Positions 47,577-60,049 of a stretch of 64,000 nt of DNA are shown one piece after another. Under the pieces are notes generated by a model. The model saw only the letters and a program-made list of their open reading frames with translations. It had not been told where the DNA came from and did not search any database. Each line of letters starts with the position of its first letter. The stretch's first letter is position 1. Origin of the DNA: Penicillus capitatus (Eukaryota; Plantae; Chlorophyta); NCBI GenBank assembly GCA_965649825.1, contig OZ287699.1:186001-250000 (forward strand), given 5' to 3'. A program made the translations under genes and the position numbers.

Positions 47577-49995
47577 TTATCGACAATCCGCAAGCAAATG
47601 CAGCGTTGTGTCCTTGATCACTCTTCTCTTGTTACCCAGACGCTCTCCTCGTCCACGTAATCTCAAACGGGTGCGCGGGTGGATGATCTTACAGTAGATG
47701 TGGTAGTACAGATCCACTTCCCGACGAAACGGCGCCCCCAAGAGGACTCTGAGCTGGATCGCTAGTTTGAGATATCTTTGCTCGCCGACGCCGAAGATCG
47801 ACGTCTTTGTGCGCATCTTTTTGGACAGAAATTTCGACGGCTGCAGTAAAGCCACGATATCGAGAGCGTCATGTTGACGACTCTGTACGGCTTCCAGTTC
47901 AACAAAATCCGAATCGGGTGGCGCAACGCGAATGGCGACGACGCCCTCGACGGAAAAGGGGATGGTATCTTGCGTCGTGATGCGGAGATGAAGACGCGCA
48001 TCCTGCTCGAGACGCAAAACGTGGACCGGATGTCCAGGCAAGGAGTCATCGTAGAAGCGCTCCGCCATTTCGGCTTCTCTCAAATTGAACGGAAAATCTG
48101 CCGAGCTGCTGCTCGAGAAATGCTCCGCCTGGAAAGTCAGCGACGTATGGTTGTTGAAGATCTCGACCCAAGTCTCCTCCGGCCAACGACAGACATCGCC
48201 CAGATTGAGATCGCTCTCGGATGGGATCTGCAGAGACATCTGAGCAAAGCGACAACGACAGGGAGTGTTTACGGTTGTTGTTCGAGAGTCCATGGCCCGG
48301 CTGCCGTCGATGGCGCATTCGAAGAAGACGTCCTCCAATGCTCCGGCAACTGTTTGTCGTTCCGCTGGGTCGGTACGGAGCAGATGGTAGATAAATCGCA
48401 GACCATCTCCACGGCCTTCCTTGCGATCGATCGAAGAGTCCTTGTGTGTCCTCTCTCTCGCAGAGAGCTCCTTCATGTCCCTCTCCACGATCGCCTGAAC
48501 GCCCAATGCATTGCGGATACTAGAACCTAAGCCATACGTTGTTTGAGATCGGCGGCGATCGGACGATCGAGATCGAGTGGCATACGTGTGAGAATTTCGA
48601 AGGTCATGATTCCGAAGGACCACATGTCTGCAGCAGATGGAAGTTGTGCTTGAGCGACGTCCTTGTCAACGGCGCGGAGGATCTCCGGAGCCGCATAGCG
48701 ACTGGTGCTGCGAGGCAGAGTGGCCGGTTTATCCAAAAAAGAAGCGTAGTCCAATCCGACGATTTTCCAGGAGAAGTCCGATTCGAACCACATGAATTTG
48801 GATGGGGTTAGGTTCCCGTGGGTTATGTTCAAGCTATGGAGGTACTCTAAGGCTTCAAGGATCTAATCACACATTTCGATGTTCACTGAGTGAAAAGGGT
48901 ACGGTAAAAGAGTGAGAACCGCGTAAAGGATCGTTCGCTGTTCGGCGATGGTCGTGCGTCTTGAGGCCAGACGTCGCGTCAAGGTGTAGGAACCGCGTTC
49001 GAAGACCAAACAGGGCGGAAACCCTTCTTCGTCCTCGATCACATCTAGCAGTCTGGCCACAGGAGACGCACGTTATCGGGGGAATGTGTGAGATAGGTCG
49101 TGTTACTGGCAGACGAGGGAGCTTCGATGCGTGTAACGGCAGATTCGGACAGCGTTCTTCCACGGTTGCGTCGTCTCGGTATAGAACTTCAGGAAGACGC
49201 GTCTCGATGTCTTCAGCTCCGTCGCGTAGCGGCAGTTCGGATTGCCCGGAATGCGCTCATGTGCGATTCTGTACCTACAGGATGGCGGCGCCATTGCGTC
49301 AGTCACACAGCGACGCATTGACGGTACCTGTTGGCGAAGATGACGCCGCCGTCCAGAGCCTCCAATCTCGCCAGAGGGTCGCTCTTCGACGACGAAGGTG
49401 GTCGCGTCGACGGTGGCGACGAAGGATCGTCTTCGGATTCGGTTATCGGATCGATGGACGAGGACGGACGTGTCTCGTCGATCGAAGACGTCGAGTCGAT
49501 CGACGAGACGATCGAGATCGGCACCGTGTTCATTCCGACTGTTTTATCGTCCACTACAAACATCTCCTCCGTCTCATCGAATGGCGGCGAAGGAGGACGG
49601 ACTGGAGCTATGGGTGGCGAAGAGACTGTCGTCTTCGGAATCCGAATGCCACACCACGGAGGCGTCATCCGAGAAGCCTTGAGAGTTGGAGGTGCATGGC
49701 TCGCGACGGTTTGCTCGCGGCGACCGGCGTCTGGGCCATCTCGGACGTATGGAGAATTTCTGACTCGCTTGGCGAAACACTCCGGAAAGACTCGTTGCCG
49801 TTGTCGATGATTTGGTCGACGCCTGTTGGTCGCCAGACGCATGACGACGCGTGGCCTTGTCCTTGAAGGCGGACCAGAATCTGCTAGTCTTTTTGGACCG
49901 AGGCAGTTTGTCTGCAGCACCATACACTCCATTTCGCGATGCTCCATGGAGACGGGGCTGGAGACCGTACTTAAGCTGTGGGTTATGGAGGACAT
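47577..49995 (-). CDS. Protein-kinase-fold protein (predicted pseudokinase) with Ser/Pro-rich N-terminus and unknown C-terminal domain
   Basis: VFLKFY, CLVFERG, LEYLHSLNITHGNLTP, YAAPE, DMWSFG, LL..DP..R.TV..AL. Start uncertain. Confidence 0.8.
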
Positions 49996-51145
49996 AATTG
50001 TGGTCGGTATCGGCAGTGCAGTACGTTTCCGTTCTACAGCCTGTCGAGAAGGGCATGTCAGAAGAGAGTTTGGGAAGCTATGCGGAAGACATGCCTTGTG
50101 GAAAGTGTGGAAAAGGGGATTCTGAGCTAAAGTACAGAGCAAAGCTGTCTTTACTAGGCGTCGCTGAACTCGGCAAGTGGAGATAGAGAGAAGCCAACGG
50201 CGGAGGAGCACTTTATTCTCCGCGGCGTGAATAAAAACAAAGGTGTGCCGTTCGGGCAAAAATACCTGCTGTTAAGTGGTACGAGCTGCAAACAGTCATG
50301 TCTAGACACGCGTTTAGGTTTCTATTAATTTAATGCGATGGCTCTGTTTTCACGGAGAGATCCAGTCGATTCGGTCGCGTCGCGGTAACCGCTGCAAAAG
50401 GCCGCGTGTTAATACGGCAGATGTTCACATGTGGCCATAAATGCCATCCACGTCTTGGAGGGCGTCGACGCGATCTGGCCGCGCCTAGCCGCGGGGTGGA
50501 GGAAATGATCAAGACGCGGGCAGCCGAAAAAAGCGTCTCTAAATGACTCTAGGTGGACGTGGACACTTGTTGTGATGAACGCACGGTTGGTCGGTTGGTT
50601 CCATCTTGGCATAAGACATGTGTCTGCGAGAAATGCAAGAGAGTGGGATGGACAGAGCTAGCTGTGCATTGTTTGTTAGGGAAGGCAGAGGAAGTCCTCG
50701 GTCGATCGTGCATCGTTACGGCACTCTGGTCACCTTTGGTGTCGTGGAAGCGTTCCTCCTTTGCCAATATGCTCGAGGAAGGTCGTGTCAGCAATGGCGG
50801 CGCAAAAAATGGGCGGCGTCTCCTAGTGTTTGCGAAGCAGTCTTCTAAGCGCTCGATTCTGCTGAGGAGGACGCATTGTTTCCAGCTTTGCAAAGGCAGG
50901 CGTCTCAGCGGCGCTCCATCCAGATCTGCACGATTCGCTAGAACACGTCTTTGGTTTTAGGAATGGACGGCGACGCAGCCATCTTCTGCGAATGTGAACA
51001 AAGTCCAAATGTGTTTGGACATTCTTCTCGACTGTCCAGTCTTGGCGCAGCCCGTCTCTTCTAGTATCCTTGGCCTATCGAAAGGCACATACGCATCGCA
51101 CACATAAAGGCAGTTCCTATCGCACAGCATTTGCTGGCTAAGTCA

Positions 51146-51199
51146 AAACCCTAACACCATCCCAACCATCCATCCCCTAGCGAAATCGACAAAACCCTA
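51146..51199 (+). promoter_or_regulatory. Two telo-box-like AAACCCTA motifs
   Basis: AAACCCTA at 51146 and 51192, followed by a likely 5'UTR intron (gtgagc at about 51237). Function inferred from plant telo-boxes. Confidence 0.35.
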
Positions 51200-51796
51200 G
51201 AGAACGCGTTCTTCATCTTTTGGCTGACGGCTTGAGGTGAGCACCTACTTCAAGACACAGGGCTGTCTATTACAGTTCTCCTCCGATGCAGCCTTCTGAA
51301 GAGACCGATCATTTTCTTCCCTCAGAAGCCGTGCGAAGGCGCATACCACCTTCCTCTATTCTTCGCGTGTCGCGACCCCGTCGTCCTTCTCTGCAGGAAG
51401 TCGCGCCAGAAGTACGACAGCCAACTGCCGCGTCGTTGCGTCAGACGCGAACGACAACGGAAGGGACATGTGGCGTTCTCCTTCCATGTCCTGTGCCCAA
51501 CGCGGCGCGTATGGGCGGCGTGTAACCGAGAAACACTTCTTAGCGTCATCCACAGCTTCAGATGCGCATCTAACGACAGGTGCGATCTGAGAGTTCACAT
51601 CGGATTTCAGTAGAAGGACGACGAACTGTCCCACGAACCGACGCGCGGGTAGGCAGCTGACGTAACGTGAAAAGCGAAATTCACCAGAGGACGGTTAGCA
51701 CCTATTCGACCCAGTTGTGGCCCTTATCCAGTCCTAAAAAACAAGCGGTTCACCACGTCACGAGGTTCAGCTTGAGTTGAATTGGTATTGGCCACC

Positions 51797-53126
51797 ATGC
51801 TGTCAGTATTCCGTGGACGAATGCGCTCTTTTTCTTACAAGACAGACGCACGGACATACGACGATGTCGCTAAGACCACAGGCAAGGCTCACGTTCTCAG
51901 CGTTTCTCCCCTAAAACGCCGTGGGGGTGTTCAGAGGGAAGTGGCTCGTATAAAGGGGTCAGCTATTCCTACGACATCTCCTCGAAGCGATGGTCTGGCC
52001 AATACGAAGTAAGACCTCACCGCACAGACAGTAGCTGCCTTACTAACTACTGGCCGCCAGTGTCGCATACACAGACATTTCTTGGATTCGGGAGCCGAGG
52101 AATTCCTGTCCGACGAATTCGCTCTAGCTGGATACAAATGGTACGTGCGTTCGTGCATTCGGCGGGTGACTGAGTGGGGGATACCTTGACGCGACGTAGG
52201 AGATTAAAAGTTGAGGTCGTGGATGGACTGCTTTCCGTGTTCCTTGTATCGAGTAATCAAGTCCGTCTGAAAGTACATTACAGTATTATTCTTGCCAATC
52301 AACTCGATCCCTTAAGAAGCATCGCCAACGGTAAGGCGGCTGAGCGTGGTGCCGATGGATGATGTGACGTGCGTGATCAGGTTGGCGTAAAGTGATCGAA
52401 GCGGGATCGACCCGAGGCTATAGCGAGATCATTTCCGTTGCAGAGATCGTTGAACGCTCGTGTGGATTTCTTTTGGGGGATAGCTTCGTTTTGCAGCTCG
52501 GCCTTCGACTGTCCATTCCCGAAAACGAAAGTCTTGCCGTTGCGGCGTGTGGAGCCACCCGCATCTGCACCGTAACCACCCCTTCTCTCGTTCCATACCC
52601 CACTGATCGATCATCATCCGCCTGTAGTGGACATTGAGATACATCGACGAAGTCGGCCCCGTCTATTTGACCTCGGATGATATTGAACTCGGAAACGCAA
52701 CTTGGTAAGGCGATCGATGACGGCGATGTGACAGCTACCCTCCTTTACGTGTGTGTCTAGGAATATCAGATTTCCTCCATTTAGAGTGACGGAGAAGGGA
52801 GATGCACGCGGGGCCTACCTCTACTGCAAAACAGAAACCCCAACCGAAGCAAAATTCAAACTCACCGTACTCAATCATCATAGCGATAAAGAAAGCAGAT
52901 GCAAAGGTGGGAGGAGATGCCAGTCGATAGGGAGGGACGCATCTGTGGTGCTGTAGAGTTGGTTTTTGAGTTCCCTATGGGTACTTCAGGAAGGGGATGG
53001 GCGAACTTCATCCCGAAGAAGGCGCTACAAGATCCAACTCTTGGATACATTAAAGACGGTTGGCTCACCCTGATCGCCCACGTGTCCCTCTTAGGTATGT
53101 CATCACAGCAGGCAGGTGTCGATTGA
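51797..53126 (+). CDS. MATH-E: MATH-MATH protein without RING, isolated from the main cluster
   Basis: GVSYSYD..SGQYE|CRIHRHFL, FALAGYKW, RGWANF, GYIKDGWLTL; same intron positions as the others; first intron GC-AG (51882-51934). Extra upstream exons (51286-51580) are possible. Confidence 0.8.
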
Positions 53127-54392
53127 CACGGCATCGTCTGTTCTGCAGCAAATGTACCTTCCGTGGAGACGCCGATGGCGAATGTCGTATCTCCTGATGA
53201 AAAACAGCAATCGGTTGCATTACTTGCTGGAGAAACATAAGCTCCAAGCGTCGATGAAGATGACGCTCTTAGCGAGAAAGTTTTCTATTTCGTTGACATA
53301 AATCGCCTGCTCCGAAACCGCAGGCAGTTTCCATAAGAATAACGTATGACGACGTAACGTCGAACACTGGTTCCACCTTCATCAACTGGTTTTTGTGAAA
53401 ATCTGATCAGTTACACTGTCCTCATTGGTTTTGGCTACCCAACGTGAGAGAATTGAGCAACGTTGTGTCTTTATCCATCCCTACTGTGTGTGAGATAAAC
53501 CCCAAATGTACGAATGAAATTTACCGACTTTTGACGGCATTCACTAGTCTGCTGCACAACACATCAGCCTTTGCATCATATGTGTGACCAACGCGAAAGC
53601 GTTTTAAAAGAGTGACCCAAGAATCGCGTGTGTGACATTCTCCATACTCGATGTCGTAAAGTAAGGGAGATTACGAGGAGAGACGCCCCTCTATCAATCT
53701 CATTGCTTGGATGATACCACATGCGGAGCAAGACATTCGAGTGACGGGCTTCGCGCACGGTGCATGGATCGCCGAAGGCATCGAAGAGCGCATGATCGTT
53801 TTCCCATCGCGATCGATTCGAAATGGCACGATTCATTTTCGCGATCATCTGTGATCGATCGATCATTGCGACAATACAAGCGCTTGATGAGGGGGTGTCT
53901 TAATCAGATGTTTTGGACATGTGTGATCGAATATGTGAACGAAACAGATCGATCATACTGCCGACGATACGCATTTCCGTATCGCAGACTAGCGCGGCGA
54001 TCGAGATTCGGCACAGACAAAGAAAAAGGCAAACATTTCATGACATGTGTATCAACAGTTGTCGCTTTCAAGTTACTGAATCTCAGACAGGCACAAGACC
54101 ATCCGGATGCATTGCTGTCGCGTCATCTAACAACAGCTGTTACTTGACGTCCGTCGTCACAGAAACTATTCGAAACGTGACACCGCCGTTTTACAAATGA
54201 ACATGCGATAAGTCTGCATAAAATGAAGAAGGACTGACGGACGGCAGGCACATTTACATTGCTTTAACTGAGTTCGTTAGCAATGCAAAAAGAATGACGG
54301 GTGTGTGCGAGGCAACAACTCTAGTATCAGCAGAATGGCAGAAATAGAAGCAAGACACAAAAGAAAACGAGCATTTCTTCTCGACCCATCCT

Positions 54393-55568
54393 TTAAAGAA
54401 CAAAGCGCCTGGATGCCGGAGCCATTGACATTGCCGGAGCCATGGGTGGTTTGTATGCCCTTCTCGACAACATGGGTGGTTCGGATGGCTTCGACAATCT
54501 GGGCGGTTGGGATGGCGTCGGCGGCGGCGTATCGCTCTGTGCTTCGCGTCCGACTGCTTCGTTTCCACGAAGCGCCTCAGCGAAGCTTGGATCCGCACCG
54601 TGCAATGTCGATGCACTGTCGGAATGCATGATCTCTCTCTTGACGCCCAAAAAACGTTCAGCCTGGCGGCGGTAGTGCGGTTGATCCATCAGCGTTTTCC
54701 AAGCACGCATGAGATCCTCGGCATCGGATGCCGCCTCATAACGAACTCCGCCGCAGAAGGCCCCGACTCCCGGCGCTTTGGTCTCAGTTCTATCTCCCCT
54801 AGGACTGCCAGCTGTCTCCCGTTCACGAGACGCGGCTTTATCACCCCCCTTTGTACTAGCTTTGATGTCGACCTTCATACGGCCAGTTTTCTGTTCCCAC
54901 TTGGACCGTTCCTTGTCGCTCACTTGTGGAGCATACTGTTCAATGGCATCGAGTGCGAGATATTCGCTCAGTTCTTCATAAGTATACGTTCCTTTTGCAA
55001 CAATGGCCAACCAGTTCATTCGATTGCGAACCACATCCTCGATCGAGTCCAGCGACGCTGAACCAAACGGCATCGTCCACATCGATTTTTGCAAATCCTT
55101 GGGCAACTTTTGGTACAGTAACTGCATACAACGCGCCTTGGCGACGACACCTTGGCGCAAGAAACTATCTGCCGTGCGGCGATAACGCAAGACGAAGTCA
55201 AGGAGATTCTCTTTCTTAATATTGCGGCGCAGTTCATTGAGCTGCGTCTCCGGTTCCAATTTGTCTTTGGTGGGACGCAGGGCGCGAAGGGCGTGTTTAA
55301 TGCGCAGCCACCGCAATTCTCTGAGACCCGTGACCGATTCGGCTTGTTTGAGCTCCGATGGATCGGCGTAACTATCCAGAATGTCTCGACGCGACATGGC
55401 CTGGAATTTGGAAACGACGTCCACAACGGCACGGTCGCCGGAAGTACAGCAGTCGAGGTTCTTAAGTAGAAGGGCCAGTTCTGAATCTTCGGCGGTCTCG
55501 AGGAATTGCAGCAGCCATGGCAACGTCTGTTCTGCGTTCTTGTTCATAATATCTTTGCCCGAAGTCAT
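54393..55568 (-). CDS. Intronless 391-aa gag-capsid-like ORF with Pro-rich tail
   Basis: LNELRRNIKKENLLDFVLRYRRTADSF...LLYQKLPKDLQ resembles the retrotransposon Gag capsid C-terminal pattern. No zinc knuckle, pol or LTR seen. Confidence 0.5.
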   Translation of the reverse strand: MTSGKDIMNKNAEQTLPWLLQFLETAEDSELALLLKNLDCCTSGDRAVVDVVSKFQAMSRRDILDSYADPSELKQAESVTGLRELRWLRIKHALRALRPTKDKLEPETQLNELRRNIKKENLLDFVLRYRRTADSFLRQGVVAKARCMQLLYQKLPKDLQKSMWTMPFGSASLDSIEDVVRNRMNWLAIVAKGTYTYEELSEYLALDAIEQYAPQVSDKERSKWEQKTGRMKVDIKASTKGGDKAASRERETAGSPRGDRTETKAPGVGAFCGGVRYEAASDAEDLMRAWKTLMDQPHYRRQAERFLGVKREIMHSDSASTLHGADPSFAEALRGNEAVGREAQSDTPPPTPSQPPRLSKPSEPPMLSRRAYKPPMAPAMSMAPASRRFVL

Positions 55569-56359
55569 GAAGGGAGGCCGTTGGATTGGTGTTCGAAAAA
55601 ACAGACGGAATACGAATCAATCGTTGACGCGGAAAAGCGTTGTAGAAACCACAGACTCCGGTTTAAGTAATGGTCGCCGATGAAAATGATGTGACGGATG
55701 ACACGCGAGCGTCACCAATCCGCCGACACCCACACCCTTTCCGATGGAGCCCGACGAAAGGGAGCAGAATCAAAGACACCACCCTATCAGCAGCAATGCG
55801 ACGCCCAAAGTGTGAACGCGTCACGTCTTGCTCAGATGTGCGTCCTGTTGGGATCGGTATGTGGGTGATGTTATGATTTCTGCCTTATTTGGTACAAGTC
55901 AGCGAACCTCATACGGCAATCGCCTCGTCGGTAATCTGCTCTGCTGCCTCACGGTCGGCAGCACTCGAGTTGCATCCTCCTCTCTGCATCGCTCGCTACC
56001 AGGACTCGATATTTCACGATCCCGCGCATCCAGTGCGTTCAGATGAGTGCTCTCTCTGTTAAGGCTGCCTCTATGGAGTCGTCTCAGCGTCCGCTCATCG
56101 CTGAGGCGCTCATGCAACGTCACATCACGGAGGAGAGCGCGAAAGGGTGTACAGAGGAGGGCACAGTCAGCAGTCGGCGGTGTTTTCTTCCCACTGTCCG
56201 ACAGACGTCATTTCATCTGTGGCTTAATGTCTGCATGATGCCTTTAGATCTCGATCTTCGAAGAACGAGCGCGTCGCGTCCCTACTGACCCTCTTCGTCT
56301 TTTTGTCGTCCTTCCTTTACTGCATCCCAGTCCCTTTCCTTTTTCCGAAGACCACGATC

Positions 56360-56635
56360 ATGCAGCGCGTTGCCTTAACACGACGACCTCTCGTCGTACG
56401 CGCCGCCGAAGATGCCAAAGGAGGCGCTGCCCCTCCGAAGCCCGTTGTCGGTCCGCCTCGTGGCTCGTTCGTCAAGATCCTACGCCCCGAGTCTTACTGG
56501 TACAACCAGACGGGGAAAGTCGTCTCCGTCGATCAATCGGGCATCCTCTATCCCGTCATCGTTCGGTTCGACAAAGTCAACTACTCTGGCGTGTCCACCA
56601 ACAACTTCGGCCTGAATGAAGTCGAAAAGGTCTGA
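56360..56635 (+). CDS. psaE: Photosystem I subunit IV (PsaE) precursor with transit peptide
   Basis: [53 protein letters not shown]. Confidence 0.98.
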   Translation: MQRVALTRRPLVVRAAEDAKGGAAPPKPVVGPPRGSFVKILRPESYWYNQTGKVVSVDQSGILYPVIVRFDKVNYSGVSTNNFGLNEVEKV

Positions 56636-56905
56636 GACGACGAAGATCATGCAATGCGGTTTTGTACGGATGATCATTTTTGAAGCTAGCTCGCTTTAAA
56701 CCTCTGTCCCCTTCGTGCCGCGTGATGTGACAGCAAGAGTGACCGATTATTTAAAAGCCATAGACCTTAATTAAAATCACACAACATCCATTGACAGATC
56801 CGTTCGTACTCCAGCACGACAGCCACGCAGTCATCGAGATATAACCAAAACAAGCAGAATGATCAGTGAGAGATGGACGAGAGTCATTCAATGGGGAATC
56901 ACTAT

Positions 56906-57945
56906 TCAGCAATAGCACGAAGCTTCTTTATTGTCTATCAAGTAGTACCAGATGCGATCCGAGGATTTCTTCTTGTATGCGTAGCACTTAGCGGGGTGGC
57001 CATTGTAGGAATCCGTTGGCTTGCAGCACGGTGCGTATGCTCCCTCGCATTTGAGGATGGTCTTCGATACAGCGTTGCCTCCACCGGCGGCTGTGGCGGT
57101 GCCTTGGGCGACGGCCAATGTTGAACTGGAAGCGTAGGTATCTGCGTTCTCTTTGTTCTCGGCATCGGCTTTGCCTTCGACGTATCCACTGTAGCCCGTG
57201 CAGTCGACTTTGGCGAACAGCCAGACAGACAGCGTGGCAATCACTTCGACACTGGCACGGGCATAGGTTTTCTGCACCACTTTTGCATAGCTGTTATCCT
57301 TGGCGCATGCTTTGGCCCAGGAATCGGCATAGGCGTAGGCAAGGGCCGCAATGGTGATTTCGATTTCAGCTGTGATATCTGCTTTGTCATATTTGTTAGT
57401 CGCCTTGGCGAGGGCTTTGAAAAAGATCCCCGCGACAGCTTCGGCATCTGCTTGAGCTCGCGCCTTGCCAAAACCGCATGCGCTGCCAGATCCTTGGACG
57501 CTCACGACGACTGAGGTCGTCGCATAGGCCTCGGCGATTGCTTTGCCGACAGCTTTGAGATCCTCTTCGATCAGTGAGTACGCCTTGAGGCAGTATCCTT
57601 TCTTTTCGCCCTGATAGACTGGGAACACATACTGATTGACCAACGCCTTGCAGAATTTGACTATCTCAGTTTCCACAGTCTCCGCTGTTGCCTGTCCAAA
57701 CAACATGAGAGGCCGAAAGGGGATCGATAGGATGTACGTACTCCGGACTTGGAGATGACAGTGGCGGTCGATACGCCTCCGGTGGAAACGACGCTCCCTG
57801 TGGCGTAAGCTTGCTTCAAGGCACGACCATTCGCCGCATGGGCGACGGCGCAGCATGCCTAAGACGTGCGGTTGATTCGTCGTGACATTCGAGGCAGACA
57901 ACGGTCGCTTACCAACAAGATAAGAACGGTGCTCAGTTTCAGCAT
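56906..57945 (-). CDS. Secreted Ala-rich protein with Cys-rich C-terminal module
   Basis: Spliced signal peptide MLKLSTVLILL|ACCAVAHA; A-x-A-x-A tracts; terminus CEG..APCC...C...SCYC*. Confidence 0.8.
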
Positions 57946-58820
57946 CTTCGCAACGAAGAAGTTCTTTTCCTGCCCACGAGAAACGCAGACATTCGGCGAA
58001 ACATCTTGGCCGACGGAGAGATTGGTACTTGGTAGAGATATCAGGCAGCGGCGGAGGTTGATGTCTTTATGATGGCACCGAACGACTTTGTTCGAAGGGC
58101 AGCTCTAGTTAAGTGACAGACCAGAGTAGTATCTGAATTGTTTGCAGCGCACTGACCAACTATGCGTTCTGAACACGCGTGGTGGTTATATAGCAGGCAT
58201 GTCCAGACCGTCGAGGGGCGCTGCATTTGCCTAGCTGTTTGTGGACCGTCGGTTCAAAGAGCGAATGAGAAGAAGCGCAGAAAGCTCGACCGTTGTTGAG
58301 GACTGATGGAAGAGTTGGTTAGGGGTCTGGATGTGACAGGTGCGGGATGGAGCGAAGGAGATACAGCGACGCAGGCCGCCGGCACAAAACTACTACTAAC
58401 TGCAGGGAACGAAACGGATATCGGCCCAGTGCTCGGTCCATACTGCGACAGTCGGGCCGCCTGCGTCAGAGCAACATAACAGCACCTGTCGTCCATACCA
58501 CATCCACCAAATCCAATCCGCCACATCCAACGCATCTACGTCTCGGGGGCAAGCGATGTCAATACTTGGTGGACCGAGATACCCACCCCTTTATCGTTCG
58601 TTGAAGCTAGCCACGCATTGTATCCGTCGTCTTTTGCCTTATGTTACGAACAACGTGATGGCGGCGCTTGTGTCATCTGGCGGCGCTTTTCGGGGAGAAA
58701 GGCAAAAGACATTGCATCGCGCCATTTGTTTAGAATGACGATTATTCGATGTCCTTCATTTCGCCCCCACGACGACCTCACTGTCTTCTGACATGGACGC
58801 GTGGGCAGTCTTTGAGACGT

Positions 58821-60049
58821 ATGGACGTTATCGTTGGCGGCAAGAAACGCATGAAACGCCATAAGCGATCACATTTTGTCGTCGACACGGGTGCAGGTGC
58901 GCAAGGCACGGTAGCGGACTATCTTGTGTTTGGCGAGGCCCTCGGGTTCACGGTCGATGAATCGCTCAAACGTCTCGAAGCGAAGGCGTATCCTAACAAA
59001 CTCGAACTCAATGCGGAGGACAAGGCGGCGATCCAAATGTCCGTCACGTTGGAGAGAATTCATATCATCGGATGACATCTCTGCCGATGCGTCGTCAGGT
59101 TCCGAGAACGGGAGGAATTGCGTGCGAAGCAGACGGAGGAGATGGAGAGCGCCATCGGTGATGTGTCGGCGTACGATGAGGTCATGGAGAGGATGGGTAT
59201 CAGTGCAGATGAGAGACCGATCACCACCACACCTGACGCAGGTGCGAAAACCTCATTCTGGCGGCGCAACAGGAATATTGGCACACGACGAGGAGATCAG
59301 AACGATCTGTGCTGCAGCGCGGTCAAAGGGCTTAGGGACACACATCGATCTCGATGAAAACGAAGACCATCAAGCGGGTCATGACCCGCTGGAAGCTGAG
59401 ATCGACGAAGGTCCAGTCGCCATCGCAATCGCGATCGTTTTTTCCGAGCTTTGCACGGCGCTGTGTAGATATGGACTGGAATGCTATGACAGGAGGCGTA
59501 CAAGATTGGGAGGAAGAATTTTTTGGCCAGGAAATGGATGAAGAGCCGATGAGAGTGATCAGAAGGTCACATCACACAGCTGTCCCTCAGAAGAAGAAGA
59601 AGCCTGTCACACTAGCAATAAAGAGACCCACTCTTCTAGGGGAGAACGTGCTAGAGAATGGGCACATAAAGAAAGGTGAGGTCCTTTACTCTGTGCTCTC
59701 TTCTGAACTGGCGTGATCAATTTCGAAGCCGCCAAAGACAAGCGCAAGAAAACAGCAAAGCCGATTGCTCCGAAAAGGCCGCCTATGCATTTCGAAGACC
59801 AGGAAGACACCATACGCGCCTCTGAGCCAACGGTAGGCAGTCACATCATATCAGAGTGATGTGACGTCTCTTCTGGGCACGCTTCCGCAGGAAGGAAGAA
59901 ACGCGCCGCCGCCGCCCTCGGCGAAAAAGGTCCCCTTCATCACTTCGCAAACATCCGCCAATGTCGTCCTTTCAGGTACTCAAGCCAAAAGGAGAAGTGC
60001 GATTGCGGCCAAAGCCCGGGAGGAAGGGATATTCGAACACGTCTTTTGA
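58821..60049 (+). CDS. Hypothetical charged protein (multi-exon), probably nuclear
   Basis: GT-AG introns join an open frame from MDVIVGGKKRMKRHKR to KAREEGIFEHVF*. No recognised domain. Confidence 0.6.
59840..59865. repeat. Perfect 9-bp inverted repeat GTCACATCA-n8-TGATGTGAC inside a 58-nt intron
   Basis: Read directly; intron 59833-59890. Confidence 0.9.

Noticed and set aside
53300-54250. Possible degenerate LRR-like gene (146-aa + ORF and minus-strand Leu-spaced fragments)
   Set aside because: No consistent splice pattern or repeat register; cannot be supported.
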